Shown here: positions 1 through 11,019 of the stretch, in pieces
Layout of the letters: each line of letters opens with the position of its first letter
Position numbering within the stretch: position 1 is the first letter of the stretch
The notes under the pieces: generated by a model
What the model saw: the letters and a program-made list of their open reading frames with translations, nothing else
Databases searched by the model: none
Told to the model about the DNA's origin: nothing
Source of the DNA: Mustelus asterias
Lineage: Eukaryota
Length of the DNA stretch: 64,000 nt
NCBI RefSeq assembly: GCF_964213995.1
Contig: NC_135813.1
Location: 12,524,001 to 12,588,000 of the forward strand
Direction of reading: 5' to 3'
Position numbers and translations under genes: made by a program

Positions 1-185
1 TACTTCATCCCCGTTGATGCAGACAGGGGCATGTTCTCCTTGATGCTTCCTGAAGTCGATGGCAACCTTCTTTGTTTTGTTGATATTGAGGGAGAGATTA
101 TTGTTGCCGCACCAGTTCACCAGATTCGCTATCTCATTCCTGTACTCTGTCTTGTCATTGTTTGAGACCTGACCCACTATGGGTG
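1..185 (-). mobile_element. Rex1-type LINE RT fragment (continues outside the window)
   Basis: Similar to 33190-33350. Confidence 0.75.
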
Positions 186-1061
186 GTGTTGCAAGGACAT
201 TGGTGCATTCCCCAGGAGCCACTTATCAGTCAATGACAGGTTGGATTATTTCAGTAGAGGAGTAACCAGTAGAAGAGTTCTGAATAGTATAAAAAAAACT
301 GCAATTATCAGCAAAGATCAATACTCCTGACCTTGTGATGGAAGGATGGTCACTCTTCTGAGGAACTCCTGCAGTGATGTTCGGGAATTGAGAGAATTGA
401 CCTCCAATGACTCCAACCTTTGTGTTAGGTATGAGTACAATCAGTGGAGTGTTTCCCCTGATTTCAATTGATCTCAATTCAACTGATCTCAATTTTGCTA
501 GGCTTGGTCAACTGATGCCTTGGTGTGAAGGGCAGTCATTCTCAATGCAACTCTCAAATTCAGTTCTTTTGTCCATGTTCGGACCAAGGCTGTAAAGTGA
601 TCTGAAGCCAAATGGCCCTGGCTGCCTCCAACCTGAACATTGGTGAGCAGATGTTTGATGAGCAAGTGTTAGTTGATAGCATTGTTGACGATATCTTCCA
701 TCATTTTTCTGATGATTGAAAGCAGACTGAAGGATGGGTAATTGGCTGAATTGGATTTATCCTGCTTTTTGTGGAAAGGGCATACCTGGACAATTTTCCA
801 GATTATCGGATAGATGCCAGATTTGAATCTCAAGAATTCCGTAGGACTTTAGGAAATACATTTTCAAAAGAGCTTGAAGTACACGATAAAGGAACAAATG
901 CTAAAATCTTTCATTATCTGAGACAAAAAATGATTCCTTTCATAAGAAACATGAACAATGGAAACACTCCATTGCAATTTAAAACCCGGCTTTTCAATTG
1001 TAGCACATTCTGAAACTTTATGATGACATAATTATGATGACTAAATCTTAAAGCTAACCAT

Positions 1062-1362
1062 TAGAACCATAGAATCCCTACAGTGCAGAAGGAGGTCATT
1101 TGGCCCATCAAGTCTGCACCGATTCCACCCATGTCCTATTCCCATAACCCCACATATTTACCCTGCGAATACCCCTGACACTAGAGTCAATTTAGCATGG
1201 CCAATAACCTAACCCGAACCTCCTTGGACTGTGGGAGGAAACCGGAGCACCCAGAGTAAACCCACGCAGACACAGGGACAATGTGCAAACTCCACACAGA
1301 CAATGACCCGAGGTCAGAATTGAACCCAAGTCCCTGGTGCTGTGAGGCAGCAGTGCTAACCA
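1062..1362 (-). mobile_element. HE1-type V-SINE with CR1-derived tail
   Basis: tRNA-like head gtggttagcactgctgcctcacag...ggttcaatt, V domain tgtggagtttgcac...ggtgctccggtttcctcccacagtcc, tail ...gcactgtagggattctatg. Confidence 0.9.
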
Positions 1363-2384
1363 CGATAGATTAATGAGTAGAATACTGATTTCCTTCAGTT
1401 CCTCCCTCTCACGAAACTGTGTTCCCCAACATTTCTGGTATATCCTTTTTGTCCTGCTTTGTGAAGACAGAACCAAAGTATGTATTTAGTTGGTCAGCCA
1501 TTTTTTTGTTCCCCATTATAAATTGCCCTGTTTCTAACTGTAACCAATCTTTTCCTCTTCACATATCGACAGAAGCTCTTGCAGTCAGTTTCCATATTCC
1601 CTGCAAGCCAAGTTTGGAACAGTTATGCAGGGGATGCAGCTAGTTCTAGAGCACAGGTATTCAGTGCTACTGCTGTCATCTTGCCATCCCCTAAAGCTTT
1701 TGCTGTATCCGGCATCTTCAGCCAATTGTTGGTGTGTGGAGTGAATGAAATCGGCTGAGGATTGGCAGCAGTGATGTTGGGGACCTCTGCAGGAGGCTGA
1801 GATGGATCATCCACTCAGCATTTCTTGCTGAAGATGATTGTAAATGCTTCAGCTTGATCTTTTGCAATGATGTGCTAGCCTCCTCCATCACTGAGAATGG
1901 GGAGGTTTGTGTCACCTCCTCCTCCAGTTTGTTGTTTAATTGTTCACCACCATTCACGCCTAGATGTGATAAGACTGCAGAACTTTAATCCTACCTGTTG
2001 GTTGTGGGTCACTCTGTCTATAAAATGCTGCTTTCACTAATTAGCATGTTGTAATCCTATGTTGTAGTTTTGCTAGATCTAATTTTTAGTTATGCATGAC
2101 GCTGCTCCTGGCATACGCTCCTACACTCCTCATTGAACCAGGGTTGGGCCCCTGGCTTGACAGTGATGGTGAAGTGAAGGACGTGCCAAGCCATGAGTTA
2201 AGGAAGCAGCACGTTCTAGATGCCGAGATTTGAACTGCTAAGTCTTTCCCGAATCTATTCCATACAACGCAATGGAGGGTGTCCTTAGTGTGAGGATGGA
2301 TTTTACTCCAAGATGCCTGCAACGTGGTCATTCCTACCATTTCCGTCACTAGCAGATGCATGTGTTACAGGTAGATTGGTGAGG

Positions 2385-2711
2385 ATCATAGGCTCATAGA
2401 CTCCCTACAGTGCAGAAGGAGACCATTCAGCCCATCAAGCCTGCACCGGCAACAATCCCACCCAGTCCCTATCCCCATAACCCCCAAGTATCTACTCTGC
2501 TAATCCCCCTAACACTAAGGGGCAATTTACCCTGGCCAATCAACCTAACCCACACATCTTTGGACTGTGGGAGGAAACTGAAGCACCCGGAGAAAACCCA
2601 CACAGACACGGGGAGAATGTGCAAACTCCACACAGTCACCTGAGGCCGGAATTGAACCCGATTCCCTGGCGCTGTGAGGCAGCAGTGCTAGCCAGTGTGT
2701 CACCGTGCTGC
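2385..2711 (-). mobile_element. HE1-type V-SINE
   Basis: Same head, core and tail as 1062-1362. Confidence 0.9.
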
Positions 2712-2883
2712 CTGCAGTCAAGTAGATTTTCTTTCTTGTTGGTTCACCCACTACCTGCAGAGGTCCAATCTGGCAAATACATATTTCAAGACTCAGCTAG
2801 TTACGGTGTTACCCAGCCACTCTTGGTGATCGACGCTGAAATCCCTCCGAGAGTATATTCTGTGCTCTTGCTTTTTCCATGAA

Positions 2884-3230
2884 TGGCATGGGGGCACAGT
2901 AGTTAGCACTGCTGCCTCACAGCGCCAGGGACCTGGGCTCAATTCCAGCCTTGGGTCACTGTCTGTGTGGAGCTTGCACATTCTCCCCGTGTTTGCCTGG
3001 GTTTCCTCCGGGTGCTCCGGTTTCCTCCTGCAGTCCAAAGATGTGCGGGTTAGGTAGATTGGCCATGCTAAGATTCCCCTTAGTGTCCCAAGATGTGTAG
3101 GTTAGATGGATTAGCCATGATAAATGTGTGGGGTTTTGGGGATAGGGCAGAGGAGAGGTAAGATAAGATAGGCAGGTAAGATAGTCTGTAGGAGAGTTGG
3201 CGCAGACTCAATGGGCTGTAGGAATTCTAA
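2884..3230 (+). mobile_element. HE1-type V-SINE, head-to-head with 2385-2711
   Basis: Same head and core. Confidence 0.9.
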
Positions 3231-3755
3231 CACGGAGGAGTATTGGTTCATCAGCTGAATGAGGGCAATAGGTGGCAATCAGCTGGATATTTCCCTGTCC
3301 ATGTTTGAACTGATGTCATGAGAATTCAACAGGTTTGGAGTCATTGTTGATGTCTCCTCCTGACTGTATATCACTGTGGTGCCTCTGGTGGGTATAGTGT
3401 TGGAGGAGTCTGGCACATTGGCTGTAAGATGTGATTCAATGAGTATCAGGATATTGGTTGAATTGGATTTCTTTTGCTTTATGTGGACAGGGCATAGTTG
3501 TACAATTCACATTATCGGATAAATGCCAACTCTTTTGGACAGCTGTCCAAATTTTGGTACAAGTTCACAGATAGTACTGAGGCAGATATTCCAAGATCAA
3601 CCGGACAGTGTGTGAATTTGTCTTTAAGTGCCCTACACTGGAAAGTCTGTCCTGTTTTAATCTTATTAAACCTTTCTGCAGCAAACCTTTCTGTGGCTTG
3701 CCAGGCAACTTCAGGGGCAGTCAACCACACGGCTGTGGATCACATATAGATTAGA

Positions 3756-4352
3756 TTTGAGTTTGATTTGATTAAATTTGATTTGATTTATTATTGTCAC
3801 ATGTATTGGGATACAGTGAAAAGTATTGTTTCTTGCACGCTATTCAGACAAAGCATACCATTCATAGAGAAGGAAAGAGAGGGTGCAGAATGTAATTTAT
3901 AGTCATAGCTAGGGTGTAGAGAAAGATTAATTTAATATAAAGTAGATCCATTCAAAAGTCTGATGGCAGCAGGGAAGAAGCTGTTCTTGAGTCAGTTGGT
4001 ACGTGACCTCAGGGTTTCGTATCTTTTTCCCAATGGAAGAAGGTGGAAGAGAGAATGTCCGGGGTGCATGGGTTATAATTATGATTCTACTGGTTGCTTT
4101 TCCGAGACAGTGGGAAATGTAGTCAGAAACAATGGGTGGGAGGCTGGTTTGCGTGGAGGACTGGACTTCGTTCACAACCCTTCGTAGTTTTTTGCGGTCT
4201 TGGACAGAGCAGGAGCCATACCAAGCTGTGAAACAATCAGAAAGGATGCTTTCTATGGTGTATCTGTAAAAGTTGGTGAGAGCTGTAGCGGACATGCCAA
4301 ATTTCCTTAGCCTCCTGAGAAAGTAAAGGCATTGGTGGGCTTTCATAACTAT
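3756..4352 (-). mobile_element. Rex1-type LINE 3' fragment
   Basis: KAHQCLYFLRRLRKFGMS...; (aaatc)n tail; 345 bp upstream of the LRRC8-like exon. Confidence 0.9.
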
Positions 4353-4696
4353 GGGAGATTTACTTCCGGTGGAAGATCAGTGATGATGTGGAGATGCCGG
4401 CGTTGAACTGGGGTAAGCACAGATGTGATAATCTTCTTACTGAAGATTAGTGATCCAGATCAGTTTTTATGAAATTCCAATAATTTCATGATCATCATTA
4501 TTCCTGAGTCTAATTTGTTAGTTTCACGTTTATTAATTAATTTAACTTAGAATCCCGAGCTGCTAGGTTGGTGGGATTTGAATTTATACCTCTGGATTAC
4601 TAGTCCAGTCACATCTTCACAATGCAACTCTTCCTCTAAGTGTCTATAAAATGTAGTTTTCAAATGTCATTTTAAATTTTTGCATTTATTTCAGGT

Positions 4697-7105
4697 ATGT
4701 TTTCGATCGGTGATGTTTCAATTTTGGAGGACAATAAGCAACCTGCCTACAAGGTCTTCAAGCCTTGGTGGGACACTTTCATGGATTATCTGACCATTAT
4801 CATGTTGTTTTTGGCTATCTTTGGCTGCAGCATACAGCTTTACATGGATGAGACTTTCTGTTTGCCACATCCCAATAAAGATGGAAAGGCACCCGATGAG
4901 ATAGGTTCAGCCTTGCATAAAACTTCAAGAATATCCGATGACAGTACCAATCCGGAAGCACGTATGAATCCAAATGCACAGCCTTCTGTCCGCCAAGGGA
5001 GGGCTACAAAGTTATACGTTTGGCAGTACTGGTATGTCAATCAAATGTGTTATAGTCAAATTCCATGGTTTACCAGGTTCTTCTCTTATCTAATTCTATT
5101 CCACACAGTGGTCCTGATTATCTGCAGTAACTTCTGTTTCACATATCCGAAAACAAGCTCCAAATTGCAACAGTTCCTTGACATCCTTCAAAAGTGTTTT
5201 CAGTCACCTTGGACATCCAAAGCACTATCAACAGCAGTGTGTGTAGATGCCAGTGAACGGGAAGAAGCCTTGGCATCACAGAAGGCCTCTGACGATGACA
5301 GCGACAACATCAGCATTAAAGAAGATACATCAAATGTGAAACTCGCCACACGCATTCACTCAAACGTGACAGTGTCTGGCTCAACTATGGACAAAAAGGA
5401 TGCAGAACAGGCCAAAGCTTTGTTTGAGAAAGTAAGGAGATTCAGACTCCATGTTGAAGAGAAAGATACCATCTACAAATTATATATTGGCCAAACGTTG
5501 TTCAAAACAATACACTGCTTAATTATTATTGGTTACTTTCCAGCCTATATCTATGTTGTTAACTTTAATAATGTATGTGAACCTAATGCACTAAAATTGG
5601 TTATTTACAAGACTTTCGATTGTACTTATAGCACTGCTCGCTTTGTTGGGAAAATGGCTCTGCTATATTTGGGTTTAGTGATTATCTATTGGATACTCTG
5701 CGTCCACACAATATGTTGGGTCTTCAGGAAATCTCTCAAAATATATTCATTTGAGAAACGAGGTGAGAGCCAGTTCACTGATATCCCTGAGGTGACAAAT
5801 GACTTTGCCTTCTTGTTGCATTTGATTGATCAGTATGACACCCTATATTGCAAGCGTCTTACCGTCTTCCTCTCAGAGGTAAGTGAGAAAAAATTAAAAT
5901 TATTAAGTTTAAATAATGATTGGACAGTGGAGAAGGTGAAGCAACATTTGAAAAAGACTAAGAAGGATCAGTATGAGTTGTACCTCTTCATGCTATCAGG
6001 GATTCCTGAATCGGTCTACGAAGTTACCGACCTGCAGGTCTTAAGGCTGGAGCTTTGTAGTAATGTTAAAATATCCAACAAAATAACCCAACTGGAGCAC
6101 TTGGAAGAAATCTGGCTCTCGCATTGTGTGACCGAAGTTACCCCATCAGCTCTAATGTGGTTGAGGAATCAGCTGAAGAAAGTGGGAGTTAAATTTGTGA
6201 GTCGTGACGAAATCCCAGATTGGGTCTACAAATTGATCCAGCTCAAGGAGCTGTACCTCACTGGAAAGCTGGCCTTTGAGAAAAAAGGTTTGGAACTGGA
6301 ACCCATGAAGGGTCTCCGCTCTCTGAAGGTCCTTTACCTCAAAACAAGTCTCTCTAAGATACCTTCGACTATCATTGACGTTGCATTCCACCTGCTCAAG
6401 CTTTGCATTCATAATGATAAGACCAAGCTCTCGGGATTGAGTATCTTAAAGAAAATGGTAAATCTGACTCAAATTGAACTTCACAACTGTGAATTGGATA
6501 AAATCCCGACTGCCACTTACGCCTTATCCAAACTTCAAGTCTTGGACCTTAAAGGCAACAATCTTACCAAGATTGAAGATATTGTCAACTTGCAATTCCT
6601 GCAGAAGTTAACCTGTTTGAAGTTCTGGTTTAACATGATCAAGACCATTCCTTCAACTATCAATTTAATCAAGAAGCTTGAATATCTTTACTTGTCAAAC
6701 AACCTGATTGAGGTATTACCAAAAGTCCTTTTCACTATTGATAAGCTGCATTACTTGGATATACACCACAACAACATTTCTGTAATTCCCACAGATATCG
6801 GAAATCTGAAAAACTTGTACTATTTGGATTTAAGTTACAATAAAATAGAAACGCTGCCAGAACAGCTTTTCAAATGTAACAAGCTCATGACGCTCAAACT
6901 AAACAGCAACCTGATCTCGTCCATCAGCGGAAAGGTCTCCAAGCTCAGCCAATTATCCCAGCTGGAACTCCAAGGAAACAACCTGGAAAAACTCCCCCTG
7001 GAAATAGGGCAATGCCCTATGCTAAAGCTTAATGGACTTCTCATAGAACTGTATGTTATTGAGTCACTTCCTTTAGAAATAAGGGAAAAGATGGGTGGCA
7101 ATTAG
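4697..7105 (+). CDS. LRRC8 (volume-regulated anion channel subunit) family protein, divergent LRRC8D-like paralogue, single coding exon, 802 aa
   Basis: Intact ORF with LRRC8 hallmarks KPWWD, NQMCY, KCFQSPWTSKALS, DKKDAEQAKALFEKV, DIPEVTNDFAFLLHLIDQYD, four hydrophobic TM segments and a C-terminal LRR array. Splice acceptor ttttgcatttatttcag ends at 4694, two bases before the ATG. Family is certain; paralogue identity is not, so no symbol is given. Confidence 0.95.
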   Translation: MFSIGDVSILEDNKQPAYKVFKPWWDTFMDYLTIIMLFLAIFGCSIQLYMDETFCLPHPNKDGKAPDEIGSALHKTSRISDDSTNPEARMNPNAQPSVRQGRATKLYVWQYWYVNQMCYSQIPWFTRFFSYLILFHTVVLIICSNFCFTYPKTSSKLQQFLDILQKCFQSPWTSKALSTAVCVDASEREEALASQKASDDDSDNISIKEDTSNVKLATRIHSNVTVSGSTMDKKDAEQAKALFEKVRRFRLHVEEKDTIYKLYIGQTLFKTIHCLIIIGYFPAYIYVVNFNNVCEPNALKLVIYKTFDCTYSTARFVGKMALLYLGLVIIYWILCVHTICWVFRKSLKIYSFEKRGESQFTDIPEVTNDFAFLLHLIDQYDTLYCKRLTVFLSEVSEKKLKLLSLNNDWTVEKVKQHLKKTKKDQYELYLFMLSGIPESVYEVTDLQVLRLELCSNVKISNKITQLEHLEEIWLSHCVTEVTPSALMWLRNQLKKVGVKFVSRDEIPDWVYKLIQLKELYLTGKLAFEKKGLELEPMKGLRSLKVLYLKTSLSKIPSTIIDVAFHLLKLCIHNDKTKLSGLSILKKMVNLTQIELHNCELDKIPTATYALSKLQVLDLKGNNLTKIEDIVNLQFLQKLTCLKFWFNMIKTIPSTINLIKKLEYLYLSNNLIEVLPKVLFTIDKLHYLDIHHNNISVIPTDIGNLKNLYYLDLSYNKIETLPEQLFKCNKLMTLKLNSNLISSISGKVSKLSQLSQLELQGNNLEKLPLEIGQCPMLKLNGLLIELYVIESLPLEIREKMGGN

Positions 7106-7232
7106 ATCGAAAAGCGTCAGATATCAACAGCTTAGTTCCAAAGATGTCGATGTTTGGTGAAAACGACGCTGGGTGTAAGGAAGAAAGCAACCGATTGGAA
7201 CTAAATGAATCAAATGACCTAGATAGATTTTG

Positions 7233-7238
7233 AATAAA
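7233..7238 (+). terminator. Candidate polyadenylation signal of the LRRC8-like gene
   Basis: AATAAA about 130 nt after the stop codon, followed by T-rich sequence. Confidence 0.55.
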
Positions 7239-7357
7239 GCTTCTCATATGACATAATATTCTTACATTTTAATGGTTATACTTTATTAGTTAAGCCTTCT
7301 TTTCACTGAGATTTATGCTGGCTCAAATGTAGCACCAACATTACCTGCCATTTGTTC

Positions 7358-7675
7358 ATAGAATCAGATTCATAGAATCATAGAATCCCAGCAGTGCACA
7401 AGGAGGCCATTTGCCCATCGAGTCTGTACCAACTGCAATCCCACCCAGGCCCTATTCCTGTCACCCCCACATATTTACCCTGCTAATCCCCCTGACATTA
7501 GGGTCAATTCAGCATGGCCAATCAACCTAACCCGCACATCTTTGGACTGTGGGAGCAAACCGGAGCACCCGGAGGAAACCCACGCAGACACGGGGAGAAA
7601 GTGCAACCTCCACGCAGACCCGAGGCTGGAATTGAACCCCGGTCCCTGGTGCTGTGAGGCAGCAGTGCTAACTAC
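7358..7675 (-). mobile_element. HE1-type V-SINE
   Basis: Same head, core and tail. Confidence 0.9.
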
Positions 7676-8194
7676 TGATTTCCAGGAATGTTCAGAGTTT
7701 TGTTTACATTTCTATCTTTATCTGGCTATCTTGTTGCTTTACCTTTAAGTTTTGAATATCAACTGCGGGCCTACAAGAATGATATGGGGATCTGGTGGGG
7801 TGGGGGGGATCGGTAATTAGGGATTAAGTTACTTCAATAATAAGAGGACATAATGAGGGGGAAGCAGGAAGCGAAAACATTTTGGATAAATAGAACAGGA
7901 TTTAAAATTGTATTGGGAGCTGTGTCTAAGCCCCTTGTAGTAACTATGATGTGGCAGTGTGCACAAATGCAGAGATGAGATAAGCATGTAACAAAATTTA
8001 GTCATTTTAATGGAAGATTTTAACTAATTGGAATAAGCAGAAAGGTGGCAAATTTCTTGACTGTTTCAAGATTGTTTTCTGCAACAATGGCCGGAATTCG
8101 GGGGGGGGGCGACTGTGTAAAGGTCCATTGCCCTCGGGCGGGATTCTCCGGTTTTGAGGCGAGCGCGGCCGGAGAATCCCGTATATAGAATTTT

Positions 8195-8525
8195 TATAGA
8201 AACCCTACAGTGCAGAAGGAGGCCATTCGGCCCATCGAGTCTGCACCGACCACAATCCCACCCAGGCTCTACCCCCACATATTTACCCGCTAATCCCTCT
8301 AACCTACGCATCTCAGGACTCTAAGGGGCAATTTTTAACCTGGCCAATCAACCTAACCCGCACATCTTTGGACTGTGGGAGGAAACCGGAGCACCCGGAG
8401 GAAACCCACGCAGACACGAGGAGAATGTGCAAACTCCACACAGACAGTGACCCAAGCCGGGAATCGAACCCGGGACCCTGGAGCTGTGAAGCAGCAGTGC
8501 TAACCACTGTGCTACCGTGCCGCCC
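8195..8525 (-). mobile_element. HE1-type V-SINE (young, CpGs retained)
   Basis: Same head, core and tail. Confidence 0.92.
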
Positions 8526-9364
8526 ATATCCTAAAGAAGCAGGCCTTAGTGCATTTAGTAATGAATAATGAGCCACATTGAGTAAACAACCTTAACTGTG
8601 TGTGAACGTTTATCTATTAGTAATCATAATTTGATCAAGTTCGATGTTGCATTTGAAAGGGAGAAATGTGAAGCAGCTTCTAAAGTTCCAGATTATGTAA
8701 ACCTGACTTCGATGCAATGAGACTGTGATTGTGCAAAGAACACTGGGCCCATCTGTTAATGGCTCAGTTGGCACAAGATCAGAGGAAGGTGTTCAAAAAA
8801 AAACCAACTTCACACAATACAGAACCATTTTATACCCCGAAGGGACAAGAGTGCTACTTTTCCCCACAAAGAAGCAGTCATGCTTGACAAGAGGTGAGAG
8901 ACAATGTACAAAAACACACAAAACATCCCAGAATGCAAAAAAAAGGCACAGATCCTAGCCACTGGGGGAGGTACAAATTACAACAAAACAGAGAGTAAGT
9001 GCTACAAAAAGGAATGTGAAAAGAAACTTGCAAAGATATCAAAATCAAAGCATTCTTTTTAGTGATTTCAATAGGGAAACAGGCATGGTCAGGAACAATG
9101 TGGGTTGATAAGTGATATGGGAAATAAAAATAAGTCCAAAGATGTGCAGGTTAGGTGGATCGGCCATGCTAAATTACCCGTTAGCGTCCAAAATTGTGTA
9201 GGTTAGGTGAATTAGCCATGGGAAATGTGCAGGGCTACGGAGATAGGCAGGAGGGGTGGTGGATCTGGGTAAGATGTTGTTTCGGAGAGTTGATGCAGAC
9301 TCGATCGGCCGAATGGCCTCCTTCTGCACTGTAGGTATTCTATGGTTCTAAATAATAGACAGAT

Positions 9365-10623
9365 TGAACATAGAACATAGAACAGTACAGCACAGAACAG
9401 GCCCTTCGGCCTACGATGTTGTGCCGAGCTTAATCTGAAACCAAGATCAAGCGATCCCACTCCCTATCATCCTGGTGTGCTCCATGTGCCTATCCAATAA
9501 CCGCTTAAATGTTCCTAAAGTGTCTGACTGCACTATCACTGCAGGCAGTCCATTCCACACCCCAACCACTCTCTGAGTAAAGAACCTACCTCGGACATCC
9601 TTCCTATATCTCCCACCATGAACCCTATAGTTATGCCCCCTTGTAATAGCTCCATCCACCCGAGGAAATAGTCTTTGAACGTTCACTCTATCTATCCCCT
9701 TCATCATTTTATAAACCTCTATTAAGTCTCCCCTCAACCTCCTCCGCTCCAGAGAGAACAGCCCTAGCTCCCTCAACCTTTCCTCAAACCTTTTAGAGTA
9801 TAAAAGTTGGGGTCTGATGTTGCAGATGCATAGAACGTTGGTTCGGCCGCATTTGGAATACTGCGTCCAGTTCTGGTCGCTACACGACCAGAAGGACGTG
9901 GAGGCTTTGGAGAGAGTACAGAGGAGGTTTACCAGGATGTTGCCTGGTATGGAGGGGCTTAGTTATGAGGAGAGATTGGGTAAACTGGGGTTGTTCTCCC
10001 TGGAAAGACGGAGGATGAGGGGAGACTTAATAGAGGTGTATAAAATTATGAAAGGCATAGATAGGGTGAACGGTGGGAAGCTTTTCCCCAGGTTGGTGGT
10101 GACGTTCACGAGGGGTCATAGGTTCAAGGTGAAGTGGGGGAGGTTTAACACAGATATCAGAAGGACATATTTTACACAGAGGGTGGTGGGGGCCTGGAAT
10201 GCACTGCCAGGCAAGGTGGTGGAGGCGGACACACTGGGAACGTTTAAGACTTATCTAAATAGCCATATGAACGGAGTGGGAATGGAGGGATACAAAAGAA
10301 TGGTCTAGTTTGGACCAGGGAGCGGCACGGGCTTGGAGGGCCGAAGGGCCTGTTCCTGTGCTGTATTGTTCTTTGTTTTTTTGTTCTTTGTTCTCATAAG
10401 ACCCACCCTCCAAACCAGGCAGCATCCTGGTAAATCTCCTTTGCACTCTTTCCAGCGCTTCCACATCCTTCTTATAGTGAGGTGACCAGAACTGCACACA
10501 ATATTCCAAACGTGGTCTCACCAAGGTCCTGTACAGTTGCAGCATAACCCCACGGCTCTTAAACTCCAACCCCCTGTTAATAAAAGCTAACACACTATAG
10601 GCCTTCTTCACAGCTCTATCCAC
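9365..10623 (-). mobile_element. 5'-truncated CR1 interrupted by the 9790-10392 insertion
   Basis: ORF pieces 10255-10623 and 9447-9776 join into a continuous CR1 ORF2 C-terminus (..GSYE|ERLRELGLFSLE..); tail (ttctatg)n at 9365. Confidence 0.9.
9790..10392 (+). mobile_element. 5'-truncated CR1 of the same subfamily as the 3' half of 14095-17440, nested in an opposite-strand CR1
   Basis: Near-identical to about 16845-17440; encodes LVRPHLEYCVQFWS...GMEGYKRMV*. Confidence 0.92.
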
Positions 10624-10889
10624 TAATTACTTTGCAGCAGTGTTTAAAGCACAGGATGACAAGTGTATGCCAAACATGCCAAGGAAATTAACATTGAATC
10701 AGGGGCAGGAATTCACCGAAATGAACATGAATAAATAAGAATAGTAAAAAAGGTGGCAAATTCGTAGGACCAGCTGGTTAGCATCCCTGGATTTTGAAGG
10801 ATATAGCTGGTACATATAGCTGGTACCCTAACTGGGATTTTGCAAATTTCTCTTGATTTCGGAGCTTTTCCTTTAGATTGGGACATTTT

Positions 10890-11016
10890 TGGCCAGAATT
10901 TTACCGCCTTGCCTGTCCCGGAATCGGAGCGGGCAAAGCTCATAGAATGGAATTCTCCGTTGACCTCGGGCGGGATTTTATGAGCCTCGTCCGAGCAAGG
11001 TCGTAAAATCCCGCCC
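10890..11016. mobile_element. MITE-like element with terminal inverted repeats (family copies at about 8089-8182, 11955-12078, 12308-12507, 41630-41743, 42547-42673)
   Basis: Ends ggccagaattttac ... gtaaaatcccgccc, with an internal copy of the terminal repeat. Confidence 0.7.
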
Positions 11017-11019
11017 TTT

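Noticed and set aside
4697-7105. Naming the gene LRRC8A from synteny
   Set aside because: N-terminus, missing second loop cysteine, absent R103 equivalent and single-exon CDS do not fit LRRC8A.
8440-8525. tRNA-like sequences with A and B boxes
   Set aside because: SINE heads; no complete tRNA cloverleaf found in the window.
8313-8576. Recurrent short ORFs ([26 protein letters not shown])
   Set aside because: Translations of SINE copies, not genes.
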